Positions 1 to 13,730 of a stretch of 64,000 nt of DNA are shown piece after piece. The translations under genes and the position numbers were made by a program. The number at the start of each line of letters is the position of its first letter. The stretch's first letter is position 1. The stretch is from Azolla caroliniana (Eukaryota; Plantae; Polypodiophyta): the NCBI GenBank assembly GCA_043228905.1, contig JBHGNT010000010.1, positions 20,832,001 to 20,896,000 of the forward strand. The letters are read 5' to 3'. The notes under the pieces are model-generated. The model ran no database searches and had not been told where the DNA came from. It saw only the letters and a program-made list of their open reading frames with translations.

Positions 1-795
1 CTGGAACGTACGGCAAGTATTTAACAAAGGTAGAGTTATATTATATTGGGAGCTTTATCGTAAATCTGTAGCTCTTTCATGAGTTTGAAAATATATCACG
101 AGTTAGGTGTTCCCAATGATAATGGCTTCAATTAGTTCTTGTTGCATAAACACATAAACCAAGTGTCCCAATTTATCAATGTGTAATTGACAGAAGACCA
201 ATGAAAGTAGGCATCCTTGCTTAACAGTAGCGTTTGTGAAAAATGCTGAAATTCTCCTTTCAACGATGAAATGGGCATATCATTTTATAAAAGATATGAT
301 AAATTGCAAGATTAAACTTTTTACACATCTAATCATTGTTTCCTATTTTGTCGATTTGATCATTTCCGGGCTGATTCCTCAAAGATCTCTTGCATTGTGA
401 GTAATGAATTTCACAAGACTGCCATGTATATCCTCAATGATAGAGTAGATAAGTATATGTGATAGATAATGATCACATAGCAACATTCAAACCTTATTTT
501 TAGTCATATTGAACCCTGGAAGGTATAAAGATGTCCAATTTTAATATATTTCTCTTTTAAATGTCGCCCAAATTTATATGACACCACACTGTACATCCGG
601 AAGGCCTGCCTCTAAGAATAGTTAGCTTATTCCAAGTACTTCATTTAAATTCCTCAACTAACAGAAAATAACATCCCTGAATTAGAATTTGTCTTATGCT
701 CCAACCTCAATCTAATGTATCTTCTCATTTGTTGAGCATAATTTTGAGTTTTTTGTTGAGGATAATTCATTCCCAATGACTTATTATTATTGCAG

Positions 796-3071
796 GTTGT
801 TGAGATGTCTCACGTTGGAAGATTAAGAGGTAAACTACTAAATTACTGCTCTTAAAAAATATGTAGAAATGGTAATATATCCTCGGAGATGTAAAGCAAT
901 ATATATTATTTACAAAATACTTTTACAAAGGACCAAGTAATCGAAAGTCAGTATATAATTGGTATATTCCATTATGGGGAGGGTTATTGTCCTAGTCATA
1001 ATCATAAAATAGATGTCTTTAAATCATGGTATGCTTATTTGTGTGTTCATACGTGTAATATATATGTGAGAAGTTCATATTTTGTGAACTTTAGTAACTG
1101 GAGATGATCGGAGTCGATTTCTGCATAATCAGAGTACAGCAGATTTCCAATCCCTTAGAGAAGGAGAGGTGAAATACCTAGTGTCTGTTGTTTTTATGGA
1201 CCATCTAATAAAACTATATATGCTTATGGATGTAGATGTACTGCATACAGGGCTGTGACACAGTCTTTGTGACTCCTACTGGAAGGACCATTGATCTAGT
1301 AACTGCATGGTACATGGTATGGTTATCATCTTTTGAACAGCTACTTATGATTTCTTGTGTTTATGTGGATGCGGTGCTGTTCATAGTGTTCACATTTTAA
1401 CATATCTCTGCAGAAAAGATCAATCATCCTGGTGATATCTCCGAACATGCGACATCACATACTACAACTTCTTAACAAGTATTAGGCAATTTTTGTTTTA
1501 ACAACTTTTAAACAAGAATGATTTAACTTTTTAATATCATAAAACCTTGTAAACAAGAATGGGGTGATCTTTACCTTTAACCTTCTGAAGAGAGCTTCAC
1601 TCGAGTAATCCACTTTAAATATGTGATTGCATTTGTCAAGTAAACGATGAATTTAATATCTCAACTGCAGGTACATTTTCTTTGCAGACAAGGTTGAAGT
1701 CGAGGATATCACAGATAAGACATTCTTCTTCACCGTAATAGGGCCAAAAAGTGATCTGGTATGAACATATAAATTCTGTTCTGTTGAGCGAAAATTATGA
1801 AAAGATGCTTATAAAACACAGGAATCACAACATGTTTGAAAAACCGAGACCTCTAATCAAGTGAAAATTAAGATTAAACACATAATATAAGGACACAAAA
1901 TATATTTAAAGTAGTTTTAATTGAGGATAATCTACTGGTTTTTTAACTGAGGATAATCTGTTTGTTTAAACTACCCACTAGTAATCTTGATTTGTATAGC
2001 ATCTAAATGACAGCCCTTTTTAATTATGTTTAATCATTAATTAAAGTCATTTCTAGTTTTCCTATTTAGTGATAACACACTTCATTCAGTTAAACATAGT
2101 CAGTATCCACTTTCTAAATAGAGGCATAATTACCGAATCAACTTCTGAGAAACTCTCAGACAAATGTACTAACTCTAAATGTTTTTGTTATATTACTAGT
2201 TGATGGAACAACTAAATATGAAGGACATAGTGGGAAAGCCTTATGGGACACATCTTCATTACGCAGTGAGTTTTTCTTATTACTAAAGGCAAGAGTGCAT
2301 GATGTTCCACAATGTGCTTATTACTTTGCTAAGAGAAAAGTAAATGTTTTCCTACATAGGTGGAAGGAACACCGGTAACAGTTGGTGTTGGAAACATGCT
2401 TTCAAAAACTGGTTATTCATTGATGCTGTCAACTGATACTGCGGGTCTTGTATGGGAGACATTATTAAAATTTGGTGCTGTACCCATGGGCGCAAACTGC
2501 TGGGAGCATTTGCGAATACAAAGAGGTCATTACAGAATGATCATGTTCTCATGTGAAAAATCTGATGTTCTGTATGTTAATTTTTGTGCCTACAATAAAG
2601 TAACAAGGGAATTGGATGGCATGAAGGGATTTTAGTGGAGAGCATTCTTGACTTGTTAGATCAGCCTCAAATAGATTCTAATTTTTAAGGCTGTGGCTTT
2701 ACCTTCAGGTGAAGCTTGAGTCAGATAATATGTTGCAGCTATAAAAGAATTCAGCATCGAATCCTCTCATAATAGATGCTGAGGAGTTCTATTTCAAGGA
2801 TGGAATCATAGAAGAGAGTGCAAAGGCTCTAACACTACACACCTGCATAAAGAACGAGGAAGAAGTCTCTCTTGAACAGAATGTTATAATTATATTTAAT
2901 GTGATTCCGGAGGCCAGAGAAGGATGATGATGGGGCATAACCATCCACGGGTAACTAACATTACCCATGGACCAATAATCATGACACAGCTCTCAACTAA
3001 AAGCTGAAATGAAAACTATTACCTGTAGTCTCCTTAAACCAACTCTTGTAGTCAGTCCCTACATAGACCAA

Positions 3072-3112
<41 letters not shown>

Positions 3113-4199
3113 ATAGAAGTGATGTTTGAAACCTTGGAAGGGGGAAGCTTTCCATATTAGAGTTTCCTGCTCCTGTTGACAAAGTCCTTGTCTATTATGT
3201 GTGTGCCTTCAAGCTCTCAATCATTAAACATCCTACACATCATTTCTTTCAATCTTCAGATAATCACGTCTTTTCTTTCTCTTTCTCTTTCTGCTAATAA
3301 CTTCTTTGAAGTGGGGATTTCTAGCTCCTTATGCATAATAACACCATATCAAAGGATTCCCAAAGCAACGACTTTGTCATTTGCAGACTGAACCCTCATC
3401 TTTTCTAACCGTATCTGCTTTTTTATTTGTTTTTCACATAGGACGTCCAGCAGCTGGTAAAGAATTGACAGAGGAATTCAATGTTTTAGAGGCTGGTCTT
3501 TGGGACACAATATCTTTGACAAAAGGTAAGCTGCTGATTGTGGAACAAAGTTTGAGTTTGTTAGCTTGCTGCTTATCCATTTCCCCATGAGAGAAAGGCA
3601 GTTTACCCACAAAGTCTTAATCAAGTGTGTTATTATATGATACGAACTTTTGGCCATTTCAGTTTATACCTTCCCGATTCAGTTAATGGGATTGAAAATA
3701 GTAAGAGAAAAAAGAAAAAGATGTAATTTCTGCATGCCAATTGGTGTTCGAAAAGTGCGCTTCACTTTCGAGAAAAGATACTAAGCACTTTGGAAAGGAA
3801 GATCAATCTGCTGAAAACCCATCAATTATTCATTTAGGAGGCCAGTCTATTTATATTTAGAACATGATAATTGGGAATTGTGAAATTTGTGTAGAAGTCT
3901 TTCAGCTTCAAGCTGTTGACATTATGCGTTGTTTTGCAGGCTGCTACATTGGACAGGAAACCGTTGCAAGACTCATAACCTATAAAGGTGTTAAACAACA
4001 TCTATGGGGATTGATCTTAGATGGGCACGTGGATCCAGGAACCCCCATCCTATTAGATGGTGAGAAGGTATGTATATGCCTTGAAAATAATCTTGTTGCA
4101 CTGTTCTTGTCATCTTCATGATACTTGAATTATTCTTTTTTCTGTGGTGGTGGTGGGTGATATATTTGTGCATCAAACTCTTTGTTCTGTACAATTATT

Positions 4200-4247
<48 letters not shown>

Positions 4248-4571
4248 AATAGGAGGTTGGCAAGAAGGCAGTTGGTATATACAGCTATTGGTATTGTGCC
4301 AATTATAAGATTACGTAAAGCAAGCAATTCTGTTGTCTTTTCATTCTTGATTCTATGTGATTGGATATGCAAATGATAACTCATGAGCCAGTGACTGTTT
4401 CATTAGGTTGGGAAACTGACAAGCTGCAGCGCAAATATAGAAAAGGGCAACTATATTGGCCTTGGATATGTAAGCAAAAGAGCTGGTGGAGAAGGGTTGC
4501 ATGTGCAAGTGGGGGAAAGGAGTGGAGTGGTGGTTAGTGTGCCCTTTGTTTACACGGAATTAACAGGTTGA
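796..4571 (+). CDS. YgfZ/COG0354 folate-binding aminomethyltransferase-like protein (Fe-S cluster-related), plastid-type; 5' exons lie upstream of the window
   Basis: GT-AG exons at approx. 796-829, 1095-1168, 1251-1316, 1414-1478, 1671-1758, 2200-2265, 2360-2525, 3442-3525, 3940-4067 and 4407-4571 splice in frame (VVEMSHVGRLRVTGDDRSRFLHNQSTADF...GCDTVFVTPTGRTIDL...KYIFFADKVEVEDIT...). The YgfZ signature K-G-C-Y-x-G-Q-E (KGCYIGQE) spans the 3525/3940 junction. Stop TGA at 4569-4571. Confidence 0.9.
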
Positions 4572-5926
4572 TTGCTGAAAGCAGCATCTCCATTGAATGT
4601 CATCATTCCATTTATATATTATTGCTTAATTATCTACCTTTCCTTCCATGGCTACACTGGATTTTTGTATACGATTTAAGCAACATTCAATTATGTATGA
4701 TTTTTTTGTAACAGATCCTAATAACAAATTGGTATGTTTGCTTTTTGGGACTAAATGAAATTGAACCATGCACATAGAAATTAGACCACTGATTTTAGAG
4801 AAGAAAGAAGATTTGTGTTTGCACTTGTTTTGGATTTTATATGGTACTTACTGCACTCTGCTGAGAGGAAGGATCTAACTCAAAATTGTTGTCAGTGAAA
4901 AAGAGAACTAAAATCAGTATCACCTACAACTGCATAGGATGTGCACACAAGGTTTGTACTACAATTGAGCTTAGAGTCTTAACAATCACACTAATGCCCC
5001 ACTTTGACAAACAATGTAAGCTATATATAAAAAGTGCAGACTACATGCATGAATGTGGAGATGGCAAAAACCAAGCCAGAGGAAATTAAGCAGCTGCACC
5101 AGATATATTAGCAATACAACTGTTCGTATTGAACTCAACACAACATAACACTTTCAAATTTGGTACTAGCCTTGCTGACCCCCTGACCTTTCACTAAATT
5201 GCACAAGTATTTCCAGCAATGTGCTCATACAGTGGAGCTAATTTCATTTCCTGAATATTTACGTACATATCAGGATCAGTCTGCAGAAGTATTTGAGCTA
5301 CTCTGCTTTATACACGAGATCTAGTTTCATTCTTGCATACTTGTGCATCAGGATACATGTTCATGTACATTGCAATCAAATAAGCAGATGTAATTTCGTT
5401 CATGTACACTTACACATCAGGATACATATTAATGTACATGGCAATCAAATAAGCAGATTTCGTCTTCAAAGAAGGCTGATGTTTGAAGAGATTGGGGAAG
5501 ATTTGTTCACTTTACTGTAAAAGCCCAAGGATCACCAGGATACAAAATTATATATTTCCAGTTGATCAATGGTATCTGCTGTTTCGGTAACTTCCATAGC
5601 TTAGTAAAAATTTGAACCAGAAACGAAATGTCAGCTTTTCTGTGTGGATGAAGGTTATCTATTGTCGATCAGTAACTTCCAGAATATACTGACAGTTGTG
5701 CTGTTTTCCACAACAAGATCCTGTAGTTAAAAAACAGCAGCCAAATTGATCACAGGCTTCTGAATATAAAACATCAGGAAGCCTCCTTTTACAAGTATCT
5801 GAAAGTAATGGTTATGTACCTTTCATGTTAGTTCGCGAACACAAGTTGAGCATCATGTATTACTATAAGATGCACTATACATGTGCACATCATAGACTAT
5901 CAGAAGATGCATCACGCATGTGCACA

Positions 5927-8900
5927 TCATGCATTACCCGATGATGCACCATGCATGTACATGGGACCTGCAGGTGATCCAAGCCACATTTGCCAAGGAT
6001 TACTTGAAGGTTCTTCCAAATAGCTTTTACCCCTGATGCCTGATTCGAAAGGAAATATATATCAGCAAACATTAGGGGAACAACAAAATTACACTCATCC
6101 TTAATGCTTAGATGTGTATAAAACCTACCCAATTCACTTGGTGAACTGAATCCATTAATGATTCCTGGTAAACCAGATATTGTTTGTAGCAGACGTCCTG
6201 ATTGTAAGCTCCAGATTAGGAGAGTACAGTTTTCACCACCTGAACTCAAACCAAGTGTAGAAAATAAGATCCATTTGATATCGATTGTTTTGATGGTTAA
6301 CAAAAGTGTCATACAAACAGCAACATCTAACCTGACATAAGAAGTGACTCGGAAGCATCAACTCCCAGTGACAGCATAGAATGTGTATTATAATTACCCT
6401 CATATGTCAATACAGATCCTTTCTCACATAGGCGACGGTCCCAAAGATTGATCTGAATGTTATTACAGGAATGTAAGGTAGACAATACAGATGTACAATA
6501 ACCATCTTGTAATATAAACATCACTAAAACTAAAAAGTTTTAGTTGCTGAGAGTGCATTTCAGCTTACAAAAAATATTTGAGTTCGTGCAATAAAGAGAG
6601 TTTCAACTTACGTCCCCATTCATAGAACTTGACAAGAGGTAGTTCTCATCTGATTTAAGCAGCACCAAGCTAATTCAGAAACCAATTAATAGAATTAAAT
6701 TAGGACACTGCACAAAGACAAATAGCATTCACGTATAACGAGCAATCAGCACACGAACTTTCATTAGTACTGCAATAAATGCAGCACATGTGGATGTACA
6801 AATATTGTTCTTGCATAGAGGCTAGAGATCAATGATATTTAATACAGAAAGAAAACCAGGCATATTAATGCTCACAATATGATAATATATGCCAAAAACC
6901 ACTATATACAAACGAAGCACCCAAAAAATCAGCAAAAAATATGTAAATGAGCCCAGACAACATTATATGTAATCAGTTGTGATACTGACAAAATTACCTG
7001 CAGATAGCAGAATTCATTCTCATTGATTCCTGGAAATTGTGAGCTATTGCAGCTTCTTTACTGCTCTGACCTGTGCCATTAACAACCACCCCTTTCCTGA
7101 AAGCTTTTTTCTCCCCCTTTCCAGAGGACAATGACTTTTCTAGTCTCACATCCATGGAAGGCATCATTTTTGGTCTAGTTATAGGCGATCGAATATCAAC
7201 CATGGAGATATAACCATTCCGAAAACCACAAAAAATAAGATTACCCTGCAGAAAGAAATGACTGAGAAATCCTTCAAGAATAAGTGCATTAGACACAAAT
7301 TTTCTTACATTAGAGTCGCATTCTTGTGATAGGACATCACTTTTGCTATGAATTAGCCAAGTCTTTGCTGACGTCTCCAAATGAACTAGAACAGCCCCAC
7401 TTGAAGTACCTGACACAATAAGCATTTATGACCAATTTCATAGCTTATATTCTAGAATCAATACATGTCTTAAATTCATATTCCTTAGCCCTGCCAACGT
7501 TAAGGGACAATATCCCCATCCCCACAAGTATCCCAAACAGATACAACTACTTCGCACTCGATCTCACAAGTTAGGTATTGAAGTTGCATCATGGTATCAA
7601 AATGTAACGAATTTGAAGACATGTAAAGTATGCAACGAAGGCATGGTAGAGGATGAATGTCACTTGCTCTTCACATGCTCGACATATAGTGCAATTCATT
7701 CAAGATATGCTGACATACTAAGTGGGAGTGATAACTTAAGTGCCATTCTTAAGACACTGCCTAGAAGGTTGAGCTCATATGTTTATGCTTTATTCACGCA
7801 AATGTATGAATACCCCTTCTTAGGAAGGAGACTCATATCAAGAACACATGTATACTCTGGTCCCATAGGTCAAAACTGGCCTCTTTATGGACGATAAAAA
7901 TTCTAATTCTAACCTTCAAACAAGAGAAGCTTTTAATTAGAAATTGTCACAATATCTCTTTCCCATGTCTCCTATTCATTGCATCACTATGTCCCACCAA
8001 ACAGTAAAACGTACGAACTTAGAGACAAATACAGCATCATCTTTCTGATTGCAAGCAATATATTGGAAATTCAGCCGTTGGTCAACCTAAAATTATATAT
8101 AGCTTCACCATTTAAAATTTCCCTAATCATCCTAAATTTTAAATACAGTCAACCAGGTGAGGAGCTCAAAGCAGATAAGTGTTCCCAATCCTTTTTCCGA
8201 AATCCTTATCGAGTATTAAAGCAATATGGAAAGGTACATCAACATATTGAGAAAACAATCACCTAGAGTTGCTCTTGTAGGTGAACAGTACGCAGCAGAC
8301 CAAACACTGCAATCTATGACTGCACACCTCTGGACATCAAGAGGAAGAAATTGACCATTACTCCAGCTCATTTCATAAAATTGGACTTGTTTCAAAAGGT
8401 ATATCCCTCCTCCTTCCCATGCTGAACCTAATGTAGTGCATCTGAAAATTTGTTAAGTAAAATAAAATTTATTGAACTATCGGTTTCTCTTTAGATGCCC
8501 ACTTCTTACAGTTTACAGACCTGGATTGTAATTAATAATAATCATACACAAAATGGTAACTTCGCCCCATAAAATTTTACTCATCACAATAACAGCTATT
8601 AGAACTAATAATAACAATGAGGATACATTATGCTTCCATTATTCATGTTTGCAGTACTTTTCAATCTTCTCATAGATGTGACCTTTGATCTTGCAATTGT
8701 AGCCCATTTACTTGGTAATAGATGAGGCAACATCGATTTTTTCAGTGAGCCTGATTGACATGACAGAGGAAATATTGGTTGTGGTCTCAAAGAAGTGGTT
8801 CCACCCATATTAGGCATGATTTCACAAATTCTGCAAAAATTCGGAAACAGAAAATGGAATCTCTGTTCTGTTTAATCCTACAATATCAACTTTCCTCAAA

Positions 8901-11782
8901 CAACATTGTGGAATTAGTAACTATGAAGAAATACATCAAGAACATACGCAAGAAATCCATTGTTACCGCTCCAAGCAAGTACATTTGCTCCTTTCAATCC
9001 CTCGCATGTTTGGATATTTGCATAAAACTCTTCCACAGCACCTTCTGCACTGCCAGCGCACTCTCCATATGACCATATCTACAAAACATCGTATAGTACG
9101 CAATTGTCCACATAAATAAAATCAAGATTGTAAGTGTTGGTTGTGTGTTAGAGATATAGATGAAATCATGGATTATAACATAATGCTTCACGACCTAGAT
9201 TATACATCAATAGGAAAGTTCAAATAATAATGATATTTTTATGTCATAGAGAATGAAACTCTAGTGATGAAGAAAAAACAATTTAAAAAATATAATGGCT
9301 CTATTACAAAATGCTTGAGCCTGCTATGATTCTTGAATTCTCTACAGTTACATCATATAAAATCACTTAACTGATTTATCTATGATGCTGTTTGGTTATA
9401 TCTTCATGAGAAAGAGAAGCATGAAAATATGCAAGATGCTCTTTGAATGCCCAATGAACGATCAGAAGACAGAGAAGATCATTTGATACTAGTAAAGGAT
9501 CTCTGACTGTCCATGGCTCATTATAAGGTCTAAATGCTATGTGAATTTTCAGATCTTCAAGATTTAGTGCATGATCCAGTTTAAATCCATCCAACAATCT
9601 TGTTACTAGAAATCTGTTTCCTTCTCGTAACTGTTCACTTCATTAAAACAACAACACAAAGCAAGACCTTCAAAATAAGATTCTTAAGTGAATCGACCAA
9701 AACTAAAAAGATATTCCTCTAATTGACCTTCTTTGGACAATACATGCAAACAGAACATGCATTCAAACAAACTAATAATTGCAGTGAGTCAGACTTAGAG
9801 ATTAACTGGAACATACCCAAGGTTTAACAACTTGAGTTTCAAGGTACTCCCTTTTAAAAGAATTTGATACACAAGAAGTGCCAAATCTTGGACTTGCACC
9901 AATCTCTCGCCTATGAAGGATCTGCAGCACCTTAAGATGAACATTTGGACTAGCCTTCAATTCTCCTTTAGACTCGAATGGAATATCTTGCATGTTCTGT
10001 GACAATCAATGCCAAATCTAAATTTTTGTGATATTGCAAACAGTATATACCCTAGATGTAATTCATCGAACAAGAAAGATGAATACATCACGGTAATCTC
10101 ATTACACCATTAACATTCTGTAAATTGGAACACCAGAAACAAATTTTATTACTTTTAATTTTGATATAAAACCAGGTGCATTTTAAAAACCTTCTCATTT
10201 AAGTACGGATGTTAAAGAATTTCTCTGGATGGAAATGAAACAAGCTTGCAAATTAGACAATGGTTAACCTTCTCATTAAATTTCATCCAGTCTTCTCCCA
10301 AAAATTGAAGTTCAAAAAGCATAATTACACATAAGATATCAGTATATAGATCCCCAAAAGGGGAAAATTAATAGAACTGAGATAATTTCTTCCCAATTAA
10401 AACGTTTATTGCAATGATGGCCAAGTGATTTCGTGACTTCTACGTTGCTCTATACGTTCTCTAGCTATTACAGTCAAATGTCATGCTTGCCATAACGCAA
10501 CTAGTTAGGATTATTGCTTGGGATGCCCATTCTATTTTAGCTTTAAAAGGAATGTGCACAAATGGTTTACCTTTCTTTGTTCTTGGCCCATTCTAGATGA
10601 CAAAGGGAAATACCTGTTCTTCTCAGCATCATAATAAAATCCTGGGATATCTACACACACACACACACACACATATTGAAATTAAACCAAATTTGAAGAA
10701 TCATTTTTCCATCACAGTTGAAAGAATTCAACAAGATCAACATAAACATGAGGAAACAAAATTTGAAACGGGAAATATGTCATGAGTCCTACACTTCATG
10801 AATCTTGTGTGGAATGATCAAAACAATATTAGCAACTTGATGTTTATTTGATTCCTATAGTAAACCTAGCTCATTATATGTTTTAGAATGTAAATATATA
10901 AAGTCATAAAATTCAAAGAAGTCAAGCAAATGGATGAAGCCAAACATTTAATGGACATGGCACATATATTATATCCCAAAAAATAAAAGAGCAAGTTGAA
11001 TGTTACAAAAGTTTAACTCTACAAGGAGAGCAAGTTAGGATTGTTCAAACCGGGCATGACAATGTCATTCCAAATGTAATTGCAAGGATCATTTAGCAAC
11101 TTGGACAAAAAAGAATGACATAAAAATGTATGAACGTTTTCAATAGGAATATATATGATGCTACCATGATAAATGATCATTCAGTGCTCCCTTCTACTTA
11201 ATTCTGTATAATTTATGCTCTTGTGAGGATCAGTGTGTCAAATCTTGGCAATTCTATTGTATCTCTACCACCTTTTCTTCATTTTTCAAACCATGCTAAT
11301 AATCTATAGAGAACAACGATCACTTGGTGTCATGACCTTATATGAATATTAGGAACAATTCTTCAATTGGAGAGAGCAGCTTATATGTCAACTTGATTTT
11401 TTCAATCAGAAAGAGCGTATTTTATGTCAAAATGACAATAAATTTTCTACTAGAGCTTCAAATAAACATATCTTCGTAGAATCAGATTCTCAGTGAGTGC
11501 TCGGATTGATTTTCTAATGTCAAAAAAAAATTCCATTCAGTGTGAAAACATCATGTAGAAGCGGGCAATATAGTAGCTCGGGAGTATTTCTTAGCTAGAA
11601 TTTATCCCAAGAAGATTCATGACCCTCGTTTCTTTTCGGATTGATAAATAGAATAATTCTCAGTTTCTCTATAGTCTCGGCAGTATAAACAATGTGTACG
11701 TATTTTCTATTGATAAACGCACTGCAAAAATATGTATCAGAAGAAAACATGTAAACAACAACACGCGAAGGGTACCTCTCAT
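5927..11782 (-). CDS. DCAF4/WDR21-like WD40 substrate receptor (DDB1-CUL4-associated factor), about 12 exons
   Basis: A 7-nt first exon ATGAGAG (11776-11782) splices to exon 10571-10650 to give MRDIPGFYYDAEKNRYFP, the N-terminal motif of DCAF4-like proteins. Later exons encode CTTLGS, WD40 segments (KSDVLSQ, LIFCGFRNGYISMVDIR, SSMNGDINLWDRR, GGENCTLLIWSL) and end ...MWLGSPAGPMYMHGASSGNA* with the stop at 5927-5929. Confidence 0.8.
7490..7912 (+). mobile_element. 5'-truncated non-LTR retrotransposon (RTE/RTEX-like) 3' fragment in an intron of the DCAF4-like gene
   Basis: Translates to LRTRSHKLGIEVASW...KTCKVCNEGMVEDECHLLFTCSTYSAIHSRY, a C-terminal CCHC-type LINE ORF2 motif. It ends in a short (ATTCTA)2 tail. 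No clear TSD. Confidence 0.65.
8442..8626 (-). other. Probable U12-type (minor spliceosome) GT-AG intron in the DCAF4-like gene
   Basis: Minus-strand donor GTATCCTC, branch-point-like TTACTTAAC about 10 nt from the terminal AG, and little polypyrimidine tract. Splicing restores the frame NGSII|CTTLGS. Confidence 0.7.
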
Positions 11783-11842
11783 GGCTTTTGGAGATGGGGT
11801 TCCTCTCTCAGTGCGTTAGGAGATGTGCAGAACAACAGAAGA

Positions 11843-11876
11843 AAACCCTAATTACAGAAAACAGAGGAAACCCTAA
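11843..11876. promoter_or_regulatory. Two telo-box motifs (AAACCCTAA) just upstream of the DCAF4-like start codon
   Basis: AAACCCTAA at 11843-11851 and 11868-11876, about 60-95 bp upstream of the ATG. Function is inferred from known plant telo-boxes. Confidence 0.45.
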
Positions 11877-12093
11877 TGACCCATTTCGCTGGTATTTTAG
11901 CTATAGTAGCATGCCCCTATGTTTATCTTATTTCCACAAAATGCCCCTCATAAACCAAGGCAGGCATAGTGCTAAAATAGACCAAAACCTAGTGGCATCT
12001 CCATAAAAATAACGAAAAATCCGTAAGGGTTTTTCAAGGTTTTCCCTTCTCGGTTTTTCTTTTTAATTGCTCGCATCTTTATGCTTTATTGGC

Positions 12094-12849
12094 AATTAGA
12101 TTACTCGGCAATTAATTTGGACCCTCGTTCAAATATTATTGTACCGTGTGAAGCCTCGAAATACAAGAGTGATGCAGTTGTCTATAGCTCTGTATAGCCA
12201 AGCCGTTCTGAAGAATTCTTCAACCGCTCAAGAACAAGGTTGTACTTGACCCGTAGATAGTATTTTGCTCGTGTCTTTCTCTAGGTTGGTGAACAAGGAG
12301 CTTGTATCTATTGATCCAAGCATTCACCGCATTTTAAAAATGTTGTCATATTAAAGGCATCAATCAAGCGACCCTAGTTATCAAGTAAGATGAGAGCAAT
12401 TAGATAGTGATCAAGCAATAAAACAATTGAGTAAATAAGAAGCCAAACCACGAGTAATGTGTTTATTTAGTTATTGCAATATAAATCAAGCAATCATATA
12501 TAATCTCAAGTGTTTAAATATAACCTTTAATTAGGCACTAGTTGAACTAATTTCAATGCTTATTTATGTCTAAGTAAGGTTGTGTTAAAATTCAGGGGTG
12601 TTTCTTGAGGGTATCCTAATAACATGCAAATCCCTAATGATAATTTTCTAAAATTTTGAAGGTAGGATGAGTATGTGTTAACCAATATTAGATGGTCATG
12701 TTTCTACTACATGTTATATAAGCATGATTCATGAGGAATTATTGGGATCATGAAAGGGGTATGATTGTTGAAGAATATGTTGACTATAGATACATTTCAT
12801 GTGCTTCTATTATAGATGTCATAAGCATGCATAACTTTGTTTGGAATGC
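12094..12849 (+). repeat. Dispersed ~755-bp repeat, copy 1 (unclassified, probably TE-derived)
   Basis: High-identity reverse-complement match to 40863-41618 over its full length, e.g. GAAGAATTCTTCAACCGCTCAAGAACAAGGTTGTACTTGACCCGT. Confidence 0.9.
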
Positions 12850-13365
12850 TAATTTACAATTCATCTTTGTGAATGACAATGATATGTTATTGCTTATGTT
12901 CCACGAATGCCATGCTTGACATATAAGTGTCTAGGCATTGTGGTCCAAGGTTGGGATGGCTCCATGTATTCAAGCAAATGGGGTCACTCTCGTAGTGGCA
13001 TTTAGAACTTTACAATCTCGATAAGAAGTTTTGTTAGTGTATGCGAAGTGTGTACTTTCACTTTTTGACGATGATATGATGTGCAATAGCGTGAATTTGG
13101 CAACATTAGTAAATTGAGATGCTAAACGACTTGTTTTATTGATAGATCTCATAAAAGCGAGCACAAGAAGATCACCATATAAATTCATTTCATACGGAGT
13201 AAGTAGAGGAAGAAAATGCCAGTTTACCACAAGGTTTTTTATTTTGTGCATCCAAATCTCAACATGAGAGTTATAGTATTACCGTTAGTTGCTAAAAGGT
13301 GATACTATTTCCTCAAGAAAATAATAATTTAGGATGTGCTCACTTTTCAGGGCTTTCATCCAACT

Positions 13366-13730
13366 TCCACGACATTTGACGCCACGTGTAAGTCTCCAAT
13401 ATAAACAGATAGATCATGAAATGCTTTAACACCCAAGTGACACGAAAGTGTCATCCAGACACATTTAGCGAAGGCTAGGCAAGCATCTCCAAAGTCAACA
13501 TGGATGGGAAGAGATGAGATGGCCCCATTTGTCATGAGAGAGTGAGAAAATTGATCTCTTATCTCTCACTGTAAACTCACTTGATCCATGACGTTTGACA
13601 CCACGTCTAATGTCCTATACAGACATATAGATCATGGCACGTGGTTAGCACCTAGGTGAGAAAAAGTGTCACATGGACGCATTTAGTGAAGGCTAGGAGG
13701 CAACGATAGGCATCTCCAAGTCAGCACGGA
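13366..13730 (+). repeat. Diverged direct repeat of about 140 bp (approx. 13366-13505 and 13586-13730)
   Basis: Shared blocks TTTGAC(G/A)CCACGT, TAGATCATG, AAAGTGTCA, CATTTAG(C/T)GAAGGCTAGG and GCATCTCCAA. Confidence 0.7.
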
